Source: Candidatus Dormiibacterota bacterium
Lineage (GTDB): Bacteria > Chloroflexota > Dormibacteria > Aeolococcales > Aeolococcaceae
DNA length: 64,000 bases
NCBI GenBank assembly: GCA_049283735.1
Contig: JBAPWO010000146.1
Coordinates: forward strand, 1,473 to 65,472
Direction: 5' to 3'
Shown here piece by piece: positions 36,000 to 44,480 of this stretch (position 1 is its first letter; each line of letters starts with the position of its first letter). Position numbers and translations under genes: made by a program. The notes beneath the pieces were generated by a model that was not told the origin of the DNA, did no database searches, and saw nothing but the letters and a program-made list of their open reading frames with translations.

Positions 36000-37268
36000 A
36001 TGGCCCAGCATCAACGTGTCGTTATCGTCGGCGCCGGATTCGGCGGCCTCGCGGCCGTGCGCGCCCTTCGCCACGTCGAGGTGGACGTCACGATCGTGGA
36101 TCGCAACAACTACCACCTCTTTCAACCCCTGCTGTACCAGGTGGCATCGGGACTTCTCGATCCTTCCGCGATCGCAAGCCCGGTTCGCACGATCGTGCGC
36201 AGGGCTCGAAACGTCGACGTTTTACGCGCCGATGTCACCGGCGTCGACCTCGAGCGGCGCCGCGTGACCACCTCGGCGGTCGCGCTTGATTACGACTACC
36301 TGATCCTCGCCACGGGCAGCGTGACCGACTACTTCGGGAACGAGCATGCACGCGAGCAGAGCATCGGGTTGAAGGACCTTGGCGAGGCACTCGCGCTCCG
36401 TTCCCGCCTCCTGGCCTGCTTCGAAAAGGCAAGCCTCACCGATGACGCGGCCACGCGCCGCCGGTTGCTGACATTCGCAGTCGTCGGGGCCGGACCGACC
36501 GGTGTCGAGTACTCCGGTGCCGTGGCCGAGCTGATCAATCACGTCTTGCCGAAGGACTACCGGCGGATCGACTTCACCGAGGTATCGGTGGTGCTGATCG
36601 AGGCCGGGGATCGTGTCCTGGCGAGCTTTGCTCCGCGGCTCAGCCGCCTGGCGGCGCGCTCACTGCAGCGCAAGGGCGTACGCATCATTCTCGGCGACTC
36701 GGTGCGCGACGTCGACGAGTCCGGGCTGCTCCTTCAGCGCGGCGAACGCATCGAGGCAAGCACCGTGGTCTGGACCGCCGGCGTCCGCGCCGCTCCTCCG
36801 CTCGACCTCGACGACGCTGCCCTGGCTCGAGGCGGTCGTATTCGGGTGACGCCCGCGCTCCACCTCAGCAGCCATCCCGAGGTGTTCGTGATCGGCGACG
36901 CAGCGGCTGTCGAGCAGGCGGGTGCGGTCCTCCCGATGCTTGCCCCTGTGGCAATCCAGGGTGGCACCTATGTCGGACGGGCGATCGCCGCACGCATCAA
37001 GGGTGAGGAGATCCCGCGGTTCCGTTACCTCGACAAGGGCACCATGGCGACCGTGGGTCGCGGCGCCGCCGTCGCCCAGATCGGTCCCCTGCACATCAAT
37101 GGACTGGTGGGCTGGTTCCTGTGGATCTTCGTGCACCTCCTTTACCTAGTGGGGTTTCGCAGCCGTGCGCTGGCGCTCGTGTCGTGGGCGTGGAACTACT
37201 TCTTCTGGGATCGACCGGTTCGCCTGATCGTCGCGGCCTCAGCGGACACGACCGCCAGGCAACCCTGA
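36000..37268 (+). CDS. ndh: type II NADH dehydrogenase (NDH-2)
   Basis: Motifs VVIVGAGFGGL, HLFQPLLYQV and a second dinucleotide fold VVGAGPTGVE. SD AGGGAG before ATG 36000. Confidence 0.85.
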   Translation: MAQHQRVVIVGAGFGGLAAVRALRHVEVDVTIVDRNNYHLFQPLLYQVASGLLDPSAIASPVRTIVRRARNVDVLRADVTGVDLERRRVTTSAVALDYDYLILATGSVTDYFGNEHAREQSIGLKDLGEALALRSRLLACFEKASLTDDAATRRRLLTFAVVGAGPTGVEYSGAVAELINHVLPKDYRRIDFTEVSVVLIEAGDRVLASFAPRLSRLAARSLQRKGVRIILGDSVRDVDESGLLLQRGERIEASTVVWTAGVRAAPPLDLDDAALARGGRIRVTPALHLSSHPEVFVIGDAAAVEQAGAVLPMLAPVAIQGGTYVGRAIAARIKGEEIPRFRYLDKGTMATVGRGAAVAQIGPLHINGLVGWFLWIFVHLLYLVGFRSRALALVSWAWNYFFWDRPVRLIVAASADTTARQP

Positions 37269-37440
37269 GCTCGAGCGCTCTTTTCGGTGGGATCCGCTAG
37301 CTGCGAAGAAATACCCGCCTACTTGCGCCAAACCCCCCGTTGCTGCCGAGGATCGCGGCGTATGTGAACGCCCTTAGTGATGGTCGACCCCCACCGGGGA
37401 ACCCGGCGGGGATCGACGAATCACATCCGTGACGAACTAC

Positions 37441-38766
37441 TCAGCTGAAGGTGAAGACGTGGGTCGTGACGTCTCGAAACGAGTTGCCGTGCCGCGACAC
37501 GTTCACGTTCCCGTTGACCCCGAGCCAGATGCCGTAGTGATCATCGAAGATCCGGTTGTTCCAGATCCTCACCTGCACCGGCACGGTGCCGGAGAACACC
37601 AGGATGCCCGTGGAGAGAAAGTCCTGTGCAGGCGGACCGTCGAGCGGGTCGCCGGGGACCGCAGGGCTGCCGACGTTGTTGCGGCCGATCACGTTGTCGA
37701 TGATGCGGTTGCCGTTGAGGTCCTCGAACATCCCAGGGGGAAGCGTGTGCGCATGCATGGTCACACCCGACAACTGATTGCCCGCGATGTAGTTGTCCTC
37801 GACGAGGTTGTCGTAAGAGGCGGTTCCAGGACCTGCATTGGCGAAGAGCACGCCGGCGCCTTCTCCCAGCAATCCGTTGTTCGTGATGCGATTGTCACGA
37901 ATGGTATTGTCGTACACGCCCGCGACCGACGGCTGCGGCTTGCCGCTCGCGTCCAGCGCAAACGGGTTGTGTCCAGGCACGGTCACACCACAGTCGAAGG
38001 GATTCCCTGTGATCGTGTTGTTCTGAATGAGGTTGGCGTGCGTCGGGCCGAACTCATCGGTAAGGAGGATGCCGCCCTCGTTGCCGCTCACATGGTTACC
38101 GGCCACGACGGCGTCGGCGACGCCCATGAGGTGGATGCCTTCGCCGCAGTCCCCAGGGATCTGGCCGTTCGCCGCGCACTGCGGATAGGGCGAGCTGGGG
38201 CTCGGCGGAATCCCGCCCAGGTTGTTACCAACGACCCGGTTGTCCTTGATGCTCACGTGGCTGATCGAGTGGCCCGCGAGCGTGCCGGTGGCAAGGATGC
38301 CCTCGCCGATCGCGCCCGTGACCGTGAAGCCCTCAACCGAGACGTGCGAGCTCCTGATGGTCAGGCCCGCGAGACAGGGAGCCACACCTGGGCCCATGGG
38401 TCCCAGTTGATCGCACAGGAACGTCGTCGTGGCAGTTCCTTTGATCGTGGCGTCGCGGCCCTCCAAGCTGAGGGGCGAGGAGACCACAACGTCCTCGGCG
38501 TACGTGCCTTTGCACACAACCACGGTGGCCCATTTCGGGGCCGCAAGCACCGCCGACTGTATCGTCGTGAACTGGGCGGTGTCGCACGATTTCCCCGAAT
38601 TGCTGGGGGATCCGAGGGGCGAAACGAAGAGCGCCCCTTTGTCGGCCGCACCGGCCGAGGCAACACCGGCCGCGCTGGCCGAGGCAACACCGAGGTTTTG
38701 AGCGACACCGGCGCCGGCGAGCAGCCCAGCTGCAAGCACGACCCGGAGAATTTTTCTAGCTTCCAT
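37441..38766 (-). CDS. secreted right-handed parallel beta-helix repeat protein (NosD/pectate-lyase-like)
   Basis: Sec signal MEARKILRVVLAAGLLAGAGVA. Repeated N-x-I-x-x-N turns (NRVVGNN, NHVSGNEGGI, NTITGN, NRITNNG, NYIAGN). SD GGGGGAAG. Confidence 0.7.
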   Translation of the reverse strand: MEARKILRVVLAAGLLAGAGVAQNLGVASASAAGVASAGAADKGALFVSPLGSPSNSGKSCDTAQFTTIQSAVLAAPKWATVVVCKGTYAEDVVVSSPLSLEGRDATIKGTATTTFLCDQLGPMGPGVAPCLAGLTIRSSHVSVEGFTVTGAIGEGILATGTLAGHSISHVSIKDNRVVGNNLGGIPPSPSSPYPQCAANGQIPGDCGEGIHLMGVADAVVAGNHVSGNEGGILLTDEFGPTHANLIQNNTITGNPFDCGVTVPGHNPFALDASGKPQPSVAGVYDNTIRDNRITNNGLLGEGAGVLFANAGPGTASYDNLVEDNYIAGNQLSGVTMHAHTLPPGMFEDLNGNRIIDNVIGRNNVGSPAVPGDPLDGPPAQDFLSTGILVFSGTVPVQVRIWNNRIFDDHYGIWLGVNGNVNVSRHGNSFRDVTTHVFTFS

Positions 38767-38838
38767 CACTTCCCCCTGGCGCTGGTCGGAGATCTCCCAG
38801 CTGTTGAGTACGACACGCCCCGCAGGGCGTCGCGCAGT

Positions 38839-40422
38839 CTAGCCTTTCTCACGGGCGGCCTGCGCCTGCATGATCTGGCCCGTTCGGGCTGTAGTCGGGT
38901 TGGGTCTGGGGTGCTCGGGCTGATGCTCGCCTCGTGCCGACGGCTTGCCTGCGTTGACCATGACAGCGACGATCACTGCGGCCAGGATGAAGATCCCCGT
39001 CCCCCATGCCGTGGCCACGGAATAGCCATGGACGAGACCCGCGGCTCGACCCGCTGCTCCAGGCCCGTGCACCGAGAAGTACGCAACGGTTGCACTCGCA
39101 GCGATGGTGTTGAGCAGCGCCGTCCCGATGGATGCGCCAATCTGTGATGCGGTATTGACAGTCGCCGCGGCGACGCCGGCCTCGCGCGGATCGACACCGA
39201 GGGTGCCGGTGCTGAAGGCAGGCACCATCACGCAGGCGATGCCTGCGCCGAGCAGCACCTCGGCGGGGAGGATGTGCGACACGAAATCGCTGCCGACCTG
39301 CAGCTGCGTCAAGAGCGCCATGCCGGCGGCGGCAGCCAGCAGGCCGGGGACCATCAGTGCTCTCGCAGGGACATGCGGCATCAGCCGGCTGGCAATCGCC
39401 CATGAACCGAACTGCGAGGCGACGGTCAGCGGGAGGAACGCAAGTCCCGCCTGGAGTGGCGAGTACCCGAGCACGACCTGCATGTAGTAGGTGAGAAAGA
39501 GGAACGCGCCGAACATGCCCGCGATGGTCAGGAGGACCGCCAGGTACGAGCCGCCGCGGTTGCGATCCGCCACGATTCGCAGCGGCAGCAGCGGGTTGGT
39601 CGCATGACGCTGCCAGATCACGAACACGGTCAAGAGCACCGCACTCACGACGAGGGCTCCGATAACGATCACAGAGCCCCATCCTTGAGTGACCGCCTCG
39701 GTGCAGGCGAATACCAGTGCAACCAGTCCGCCGCTGGCAAATGCGACGCCCGCGATATCGAGGCGACCGCGACGCGGTGCCCCGGCATCGCTCAGGACCA
39801 TCCATCCGCCAACTGCCGCGACCGCGGCGATCGGGAGATTGACGAACAGGCACCAACGCCATGAGAAGTACTGTGTGAGCACGCCACCCAGGAGCAGACC
39901 GACCGCAGCGCCGCTCCCGGCGATGCTGCCGTAGACGGCGAACGCTTTGGCACGCTCGCGCGGCTCGGTGAATGTCACCGCCAGCAGGGACAACGCTGTC
40001 GGCGTCAGCAGGGCCGCAAACGCCCCCTGCAGCGCACGTGCGCCGATGAGCATTCCAAAGTTGAGAGCCGAGCCGCCGAGGGCCGATGCCACGGCGAATC
40101 CCGCGAGGCCCAGGACAAAGGTGCGCTTGCGCCCAAGCTGGTCGCCGATACGGCCACCGAGCAGGAGCAAGCCACCGAATGCCAGCGTGTACGCGGTGAT
40201 CACCCACTGGCGCTCGGCGTCGGTGACGTGCAGCGCCATCTGGGCCGACGGCAGGGCGATGCTGACGATGGTGGCGTCGAGCGCCACCATCAGCTGGGCA
40301 AGCGCGATGAAGATGAGCGAGGTCCAGCGACGGCCGTCCGGCGCGGATGCCGGCACCGTTCCAACGAAATGACCCATGTCAAGGTCGTTCCGACTTGACG
40401 TCGTGCGAAGTGCGTCGCTCAT
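38839..40422 (-). CDS. MFS transporter, DHA2 (EmrB/QacA) family
   Basis: Motifs LDATIVSIALP and GRIGDQLGRKR; 14 TM helices. SD GAGGAGA 8 nt before the ATG. Confidence 0.85.
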   Translation of the reverse strand: MSDALRTTSSRNDLDMGHFVGTVPASAPDGRRWTSLIFIALAQLMVALDATIVSIALPSAQMALHVTDAERQWVITAYTLAFGGLLLLGGRIGDQLGRKRTFVLGLAGFAVASALGGSALNFGMLIGARALQGAFAALLTPTALSLLAVTFTEPRERAKAFAVYGSIAGSGAAVGLLLGGVLTQYFSWRWCLFVNLPIAAVAAVGGWMVLSDAGAPRRGRLDIAGVAFASGGLVALVFACTEAVTQGWGSVIVIGALVVSAVLLTVFVIWQRHATNPLLPLRIVADRNRGGSYLAVLLTIAGMFGAFLFLTYYMQVVLGYSPLQAGLAFLPLTVASQFGSWAIASRLMPHVPARALMVPGLLAAAAGMALLTQLQVGSDFVSHILPAEVLLGAGIACVMVPAFSTGTLGVDPREAGVAAATVNTASQIGASIGTALLNTIAASATVAYFSVHGPGAAGRAAGLVHGYSVATAWGTGIFILAAVIVAVMVNAGKPSARGEHQPEHPRPNPTTARTGQIMQAQAAREKG

Positions 40423-40487
40423 GGGCTACGTCTCCTCGTGTCCGTCGCCCACGCGGGATCAGGCCCGCTCCATCCGGGGGCGATGAC

Positions 40488-40516
40488 TTACACAGTGTTT
40501 GAACATGCTGTACAAT
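40488..40516 (+). promoter_or_regulatory. sigma-70-type promoter TTACAC-17 nt-TACAAT for the TetR gene
   Basis: Hexamers and the 17-nt spacer were counted directly. AT-rich island in the MFS/TetR divergent region; the spacer contains a partial dyad ACAG...CTGT. Confidence 0.5.
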
Positions 40517-40547
40517 TTAGCTCCATGGAAATAAGGGTGTCAAGCCG

Positions 40548-41165
40548 ATGAGTCCCCGCCCTTACCGCGCCGGTCAGCGCCAGATCGCCGGCGAATCCAC
40601 CCGTGCCCGGATCGTCGCCGCTGCCCGCGACCTGCTCAGCACCCCCGATCACCCCGCCGATTTCACCGTCGACGCGGTTGCCCGCAAGGCCGGCCTCTCG
40701 CGGATGACCGTCTACTACCAGCTCGGCTCGCGGGCGGCGCTGCTCGAGGCGATCCTCGATGACCTGGCGATGCGTGGGGGTATGCAGGACGTGCCGGCGG
40801 CCATGCAGAAACAGTCGCCCGACGAGGCGCTCGCCGATGTCATCGCGATCTTTTGCCGCTTCTGGGCGTCGGAGCGGCTGATCATTCGGCGTCTCCGTGC
40901 CATGGCCGTCCTCGATCCGGAGCTGGCGGGGGTGTTCCGCGACGAACGACGACGCCAGATGCTCGAGGTGATCGCGGGCCGTTTCCCGCACGCGGCCGCC
41001 TGGTCACCCTCGGTGCTGAAGGAAAAGATCGACCTGCTGCAGATGCTGACGAGCTTCGCCACCTATGACGCGATCGCCGACGACCGAGCCGACGGTGTGG
41101 TGCCGGCGCTGCAGCGGTTGGCGCGGCTCGCCCTCGTCGATCAGGGGCGTGACCTTGGTCGCTAG
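40548..41165 (+). CDS. TetR/AcrR family transcriptional regulator
   Basis: N-terminal HTH region FTVDAVARKAGLSRMTVYYQLG. Divergent to the MFS pump. Confidence 0.85.
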   Translation: MSPRPYRAGQRQIAGESTRARIVAAARDLLSTPDHPADFTVDAVARKAGLSRMTVYYQLGSRAALLEAILDDLAMRGGMQDVPAAMQKQSPDEALADVIAIFCRFWASERLIIRRLRAMAVLDPELAGVFRDERRRQMLEVIAGRFPHAAAWSPSVLKEKIDLLQMLTSFATYDAIADDRADGVVPALQRLARLALVDQGRDLGR

Positions 41166-41328
41166 ACCGCGGACACGCCGGCGCTTCACAGCGTAGGCGC
41201 CGAGGCAGCCTCGCGATCATCAAGGGGAGGCCACCGGCATTGAAGGAGAGGGCAACGCTACCGGGACGACGCGTCTAAGATGTGCCGGACCATGAGCGCT
41301 CGGGAGGTGAAGGGCCTCGTCATGAGCC

Positions 41329-41649
41329 TTGTTTGATCGCAAGCGAGTCGGCGACCAACCGAACCCGATCATCTCGGAGAGCCGGTTAGGGCTGCGGCGG
41401 GCCGGCTGGTTGCCCTTGTGCCTGACCATCGCGCTGGTTGCGAGCGCGTGTGGTGCCGCCGCAACGTCTACACCAAAGGCGCGGCAAGTACCTGCTGCCA
41501 CCGCACCGCCGGCGAGCTTTATCGGGTCGACGTATCTCCACGGGAAGATCTCATGGTCCGCGAACCTTCAGGGACCCCCAGTCGGACTTCCAGGAGTCCG
41601 CTGGTACTGGTGCCTCGACGGTGACCTTCCCGGGGGCTTGAAGTCGTAA
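41329..41649 (+). CDS. small putative lipoprotein
   Basis: Signal RRAGWLPLCLTIALVASAC. The track start is TTG 41329. An in-frame CTG at 41392, 10 nt after GGAGAG, would give a textbook signal peptide. Confidence 0.3.
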   Translation: MFDRKRVGDQPNPIISESRLGLRRAGWLPLCLTIALVASACGAAATSTPKARQVPAATAPPASFIGSTYLHGKISWSANLQGPPVGLPGVRWYWCLDGDLPGGLKS

Positions 41650-41659
41650 GGATGTCCTC

Positions 41660-42283
41660 TCAGACCGCGTAGCCGCGCATGAAGCTGTTGACGACGCGCT
41701 CCGCGAAGTCGAGGTCGAGGACACCTCCGAACATCAGCCGAAAGTAGACGGGTCCGACCAGCAACTCGGTCGCGACCCCGGCGTCGGCATCCGCGCGGAG
41801 ATCGCCGCGCGCGACCCCGCGATTGATCACCTTGGCGATCTCGGCGCGACGAGCCCCGACAACGGTCGCCCGAAACGGATCGCCGATCGACGGGTTGCTC
41901 GCGATCTGCGACAGCAGAGCCCTGATCACCGGCCCGAAGTCCGTCTCGCTGACGGCACGCATCGGGTTACTGACGGCGGCGAGCAACTCGTCGCGCGTGT
42001 TGCCCGTATCGGCGATCACGATGTGCGGCTCTGCGAGTTGAGTGAGCAAATCCTCGGCGAGGGCTTCTTTCGATGCCCAGCGGCGGTAGATGGTCGCCTT
42101 GCCTACACCGGCTCGGGCGGCAACGTGCTCGAGGCGCATGGCGGCGAAGCCCTTCTCGATTAGAAGCTGGCGTGCTGCGGCGAGGATGGCCTGGTGGGCG
42201 CGCTCGCTTCTCGGCCGGCCGCCACGCGCCGGGGCAGTGCGGGCTGGGCCCGGCGGCGCGGGGGAGGAGCGCTCAGTTGCCAC
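41660..42283 (-). CDS. TetR/AcrR family transcriptional regulator
   Basis: HTH region MRLEHVAARAGVGKATIYRRWASKEAL; GTG start. Confidence 0.85.
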   Translation of the reverse strand: MATERSSPAPPGPARTAPARGGRPRSERAHQAILAAARQLLIEKGFAAMRLEHVAARAGVGKATIYRRWASKEALAEDLLTQLAEPHIVIADTGNTRDELLAAVSNPMRAVSETDFGPVIRALLSQIASNPSIGDPFRATVVGARRAEIAKVINRGVARGDLRADADAGVATELLVGPVYFRLMFGGVLDLDFAERVVNSFMRGYAV

Positions 42284-42291
42284 TGATCAGC

Positions 42292-42313
42292 TATAATACG
42301 AAACGCATCGTAT
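42292..42313 (+). promoter_or_regulatory. TATAAT -10 box overlapping inverted repeat ATACGA-N6-TCGTAT (candidate TetR operator)
   Basis: TATAAT at 42292-42297; inverted-repeat arms at 42296-42301 and 42308-42313. Lies between the TetR gene and the small ORF. Confidence 0.4.
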
Positions 42314-42332
42314 CGATGTAAGGAGACCAAGA

Positions 42333-42557
42333 ATGACAACGAGAGACAACACCCGCATTGTGGCGCTCATCGAGCGCGCCGAGCGCGAGACACCCTTCTG
42401 CGACTGCGGTGAGCCCGTGGCCGCGATGGCTCGCAACCGCCAGATCTGGCTCAGCTGCACGGCCCAGCAGCGTCCGTCCGGGGGAACCCTGCGCCGGCTC
42501 CACGCCATGCTCGCGTCCGCCGGACACACGAACACGCTCCTCGTCGACCCGGTGTAG
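42333..42557 (+). CDS. small hypothetical protein (74 aa, CDCG motif)
   Basis: Strong SD AAGGAGA 6 nt upstream of the ATG; high GC3. Confidence 0.55.
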   Translation: MTTRDNTRIVALIERAERETPFCDCGEPVAAMARNRQIWLSCTAQQRPSGGTLRRLHAMLASAGHTNTLLVDPV

Positions 42558-42642
42558 GCCGGCGGGCGGGTCGCGATGTGGCCCTCGCCTGGTCGAGCGT
42601 CCTCCGGGTTCCGCACACCGCTGAGATAATCACCCGCTCAAC

Positions 42643-43428
42643 ATGGCTGACGATAGGTCGACAGCAGAGCGCCGCCCACCTGACCTGCGATGGCGGCTGG
42701 ATGGCAGGGTCGCGCTGGTAACCGGCGCCTCGTCCGGCCTCGGGGCGCGCTTTGCTCGCGTGTTGCACCAGGCCGGGGCGAACGTTCTGGTGACCGCCCG
42801 CCGCGGCGACCGTCTCGAGGAGCTGGCGTCCGAGTGCGGCGAGCGGATCGACACGATGACGGGCGACATCACCGACGCGCATCACCGCCAGGCACTGGTC
42901 GAACGTCTCCGGCCTTACGGACGCCTCGATGTGCTGGTCAACAACGCCGGCATCTGTGACGGCGGTCCCATCGAGGAGCAGTTGCTCGACGACCTGCGCC
43001 AGGTCATCGAGGTGAATCTCATCAGCGTGATGGACATGTGCCGGTTGATGGCACCTCTGCTGCTCGCGTCCCCGGTCGCGAGCGTGATCAACATCGCCTC
43101 CATGTACGGTGTTGTGGCGTCTCGCGGGCCGATGGCGGCGTACAACGCCACCAAGGGCGCGGTCGTGAACCTCACGCGGCAACTCGCGGCTCAGTGGGGC
43201 GGTCGCGGCGTCCGGGTCAACGCTCTGGCCCCCGGCTACTTCCCTTCGGAGATGACCGGCTTCCTGGCGGATGAAAACTTTGCGGGCTCCATCCGCGAGC
43301 GGACCCTCCTCGCTCGCACGCCGGCTCTGCACGAGATCGACGGCCCGCTCCTCTTCCTTGCCACCGATGCTTCGAGCTACGTGACCGGACACGTGCTCCT
43401 CGTCGACGGCGGCTGGACCGCCGTCTGA
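42643..43428 (+). CDS. SDR family oxidoreductase
   Basis: Motifs TGASSGLG, NNAGI and YNATKGAV. Confidence 0.85.
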   Translation: MADDRSTAERRPPDLRWRLDGRVALVTGASSGLGARFARVLHQAGANVLVTARRGDRLEELASECGERIDTMTGDITDAHHRQALVERLRPYGRLDVLVNNAGICDGGPIEEQLLDDLRQVIEVNLISVMDMCRLMAPLLLASPVASVINIASMYGVVASRGPMAAYNATKGAVVNLTRQLAAQWGGRGVRVNALAPGYFPSEMTGFLADENFAGSIRERTLLARTPALHEIDGPLLFLATDASSYVTGHVLLVDGGWTAV

Positions 43429-43449
43429 CGCTCCCCCGCACGGGGCAGC

Positions 43450-44472
43450 TCACGGCCCGCCGACCTGAGCGTCGCGAACGGACTCACCGGCCTGGAGCCC
43501 ACGACCGCCGCGGCGGCGGCGCTCCACCAGGTAGACGCAGCCGCCGAGGACTGCGAAGGGCAGCAGTTGCAGGTCGACGAAGAGGCTCAGCGCGGTCGCT
43601 GTGCCGAGGGCGACATGGGCCTGCACCAGAAGCAGGACGATCAACCCTTCGCGCACCCCGATCCCGTTCGCCGAAATGGGGATGAATGTGGCCAGAAGCG
43701 CGACCGGCAGGATGAGCGCGAACACCGACCACGAGACGTGGTTGCGCAGCGCCAATGAGACGACGTCCATCGAGAAGAGGTTGAAGCCCCACGCGGCGAT
43801 GCCCGCAGCGATGCTGCGACCCACGGTACGCAAGGGACGCCCGCGGTAGCCTTCGAAGGCGCTGCTGAACGGACGGACGAAGCGACCGATGGCGTGAGAG
43901 ATGGTGCGGTGCTCGGGGATGCGCCGCCGCACCAACTCAGCGACCAGTGCCAGCGCCCAGGCGCCCATCATCGCAGCGGCGAACAGGATGAACGCAATAA
44001 CGCCAGGGATCTTGAGCCGGTCGCGCGTGATGACGGCGGCGGCAAGCGCCCACCACGACATCGCCAGCGTGCCCGCCATGCGGCTCGCGACGAGAGAGGC
44101 GACCATGGGTCCGTGACCGGTCATCTTGCCCACCTGGAGTGCTCGCACAGCGTCGCTTCCCACCCCGGCGGGGGTTACCTGGTTGACGAACAGTCCCTTC
44201 AAGTACCAGGAACCGAGGAAACTCCAGTCGAGGTGGTGACCGCTGCCGCGAAGCAGCACCCCCCACTCAGCGATGCTCGCAACAACCGAGAGCGCGGCGA
44301 GGCCGATGGCAAGGACCGTCCAGCCAGGAACCAGCTGACCGTAGAGGCGCAGGGCTTGACCGAGGTCAACACTGTGCACGAAGAGCGCCACCGCGACGAG
44401 GCTGCCCGCCAATCGCACCCACGGGGAGCCGGTCAGGCTCGCCACGACGCCTCGAACGCGGCGCAGTCTCAC
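43450..44472 (-). CDS. lysylphosphatidylglycerol-synthase TM-region (flippase-like, UPF0104) membrane protein
   Basis: Eight hydrophobic helices with an Arg-rich N-terminus, and the motif FVNQVTPAGVGSDAVR. Confidence 0.6.
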   Translation of the reverse strand: MRLRRVRGVVASLTGSPWVRLAGSLVAVALFVHSVDLGQALRLYGQLVPGWTVLAIGLAALSVVASIAEWGVLLRGSGHHLDWSFLGSWYLKGLFVNQVTPAGVGSDAVRALQVGKMTGHGPMVASLVASRMAGTLAMSWWALAAAVITRDRLKIPGVIAFILFAAAMMGAWALALVAELVRRRIPEHRTISHAIGRFVRPFSSAFEGYRGRPLRTVGRSIAAGIAAWGFNLFSMDVVSLALRNHVSWSVFALILPVALLATFIPISANGIGVREGLIVLLLVQAHVALGTATALSLFVDLQLLPFAVLGGCVYLVERRRRGGRGLQAGESVRDAQVGGP

Positions 44473-44480
44473 ATTGCCAG

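Noticed and set aside
37389-37411. Hairpin CCCCACCGGG-GAA-CCCGGCGGGG between convergent ndh and the beta-helix gene, as a bidirectional terminator
   Set aside because: The stem has a mismatch, the loop is only 3 nt, and there is no U-tract on either strand. Not enough to call a terminator.
37429-39147. 572-aa plus-strand ORF
   Set aside because: It is antisense to the beta-helix protein gene and the MFS gene. It has an Arg/Gly/Asp/Val-rich low-information composition typical of off-frame ORFs in high-GC DNA, and the opposite-strand products have clear family signatures.
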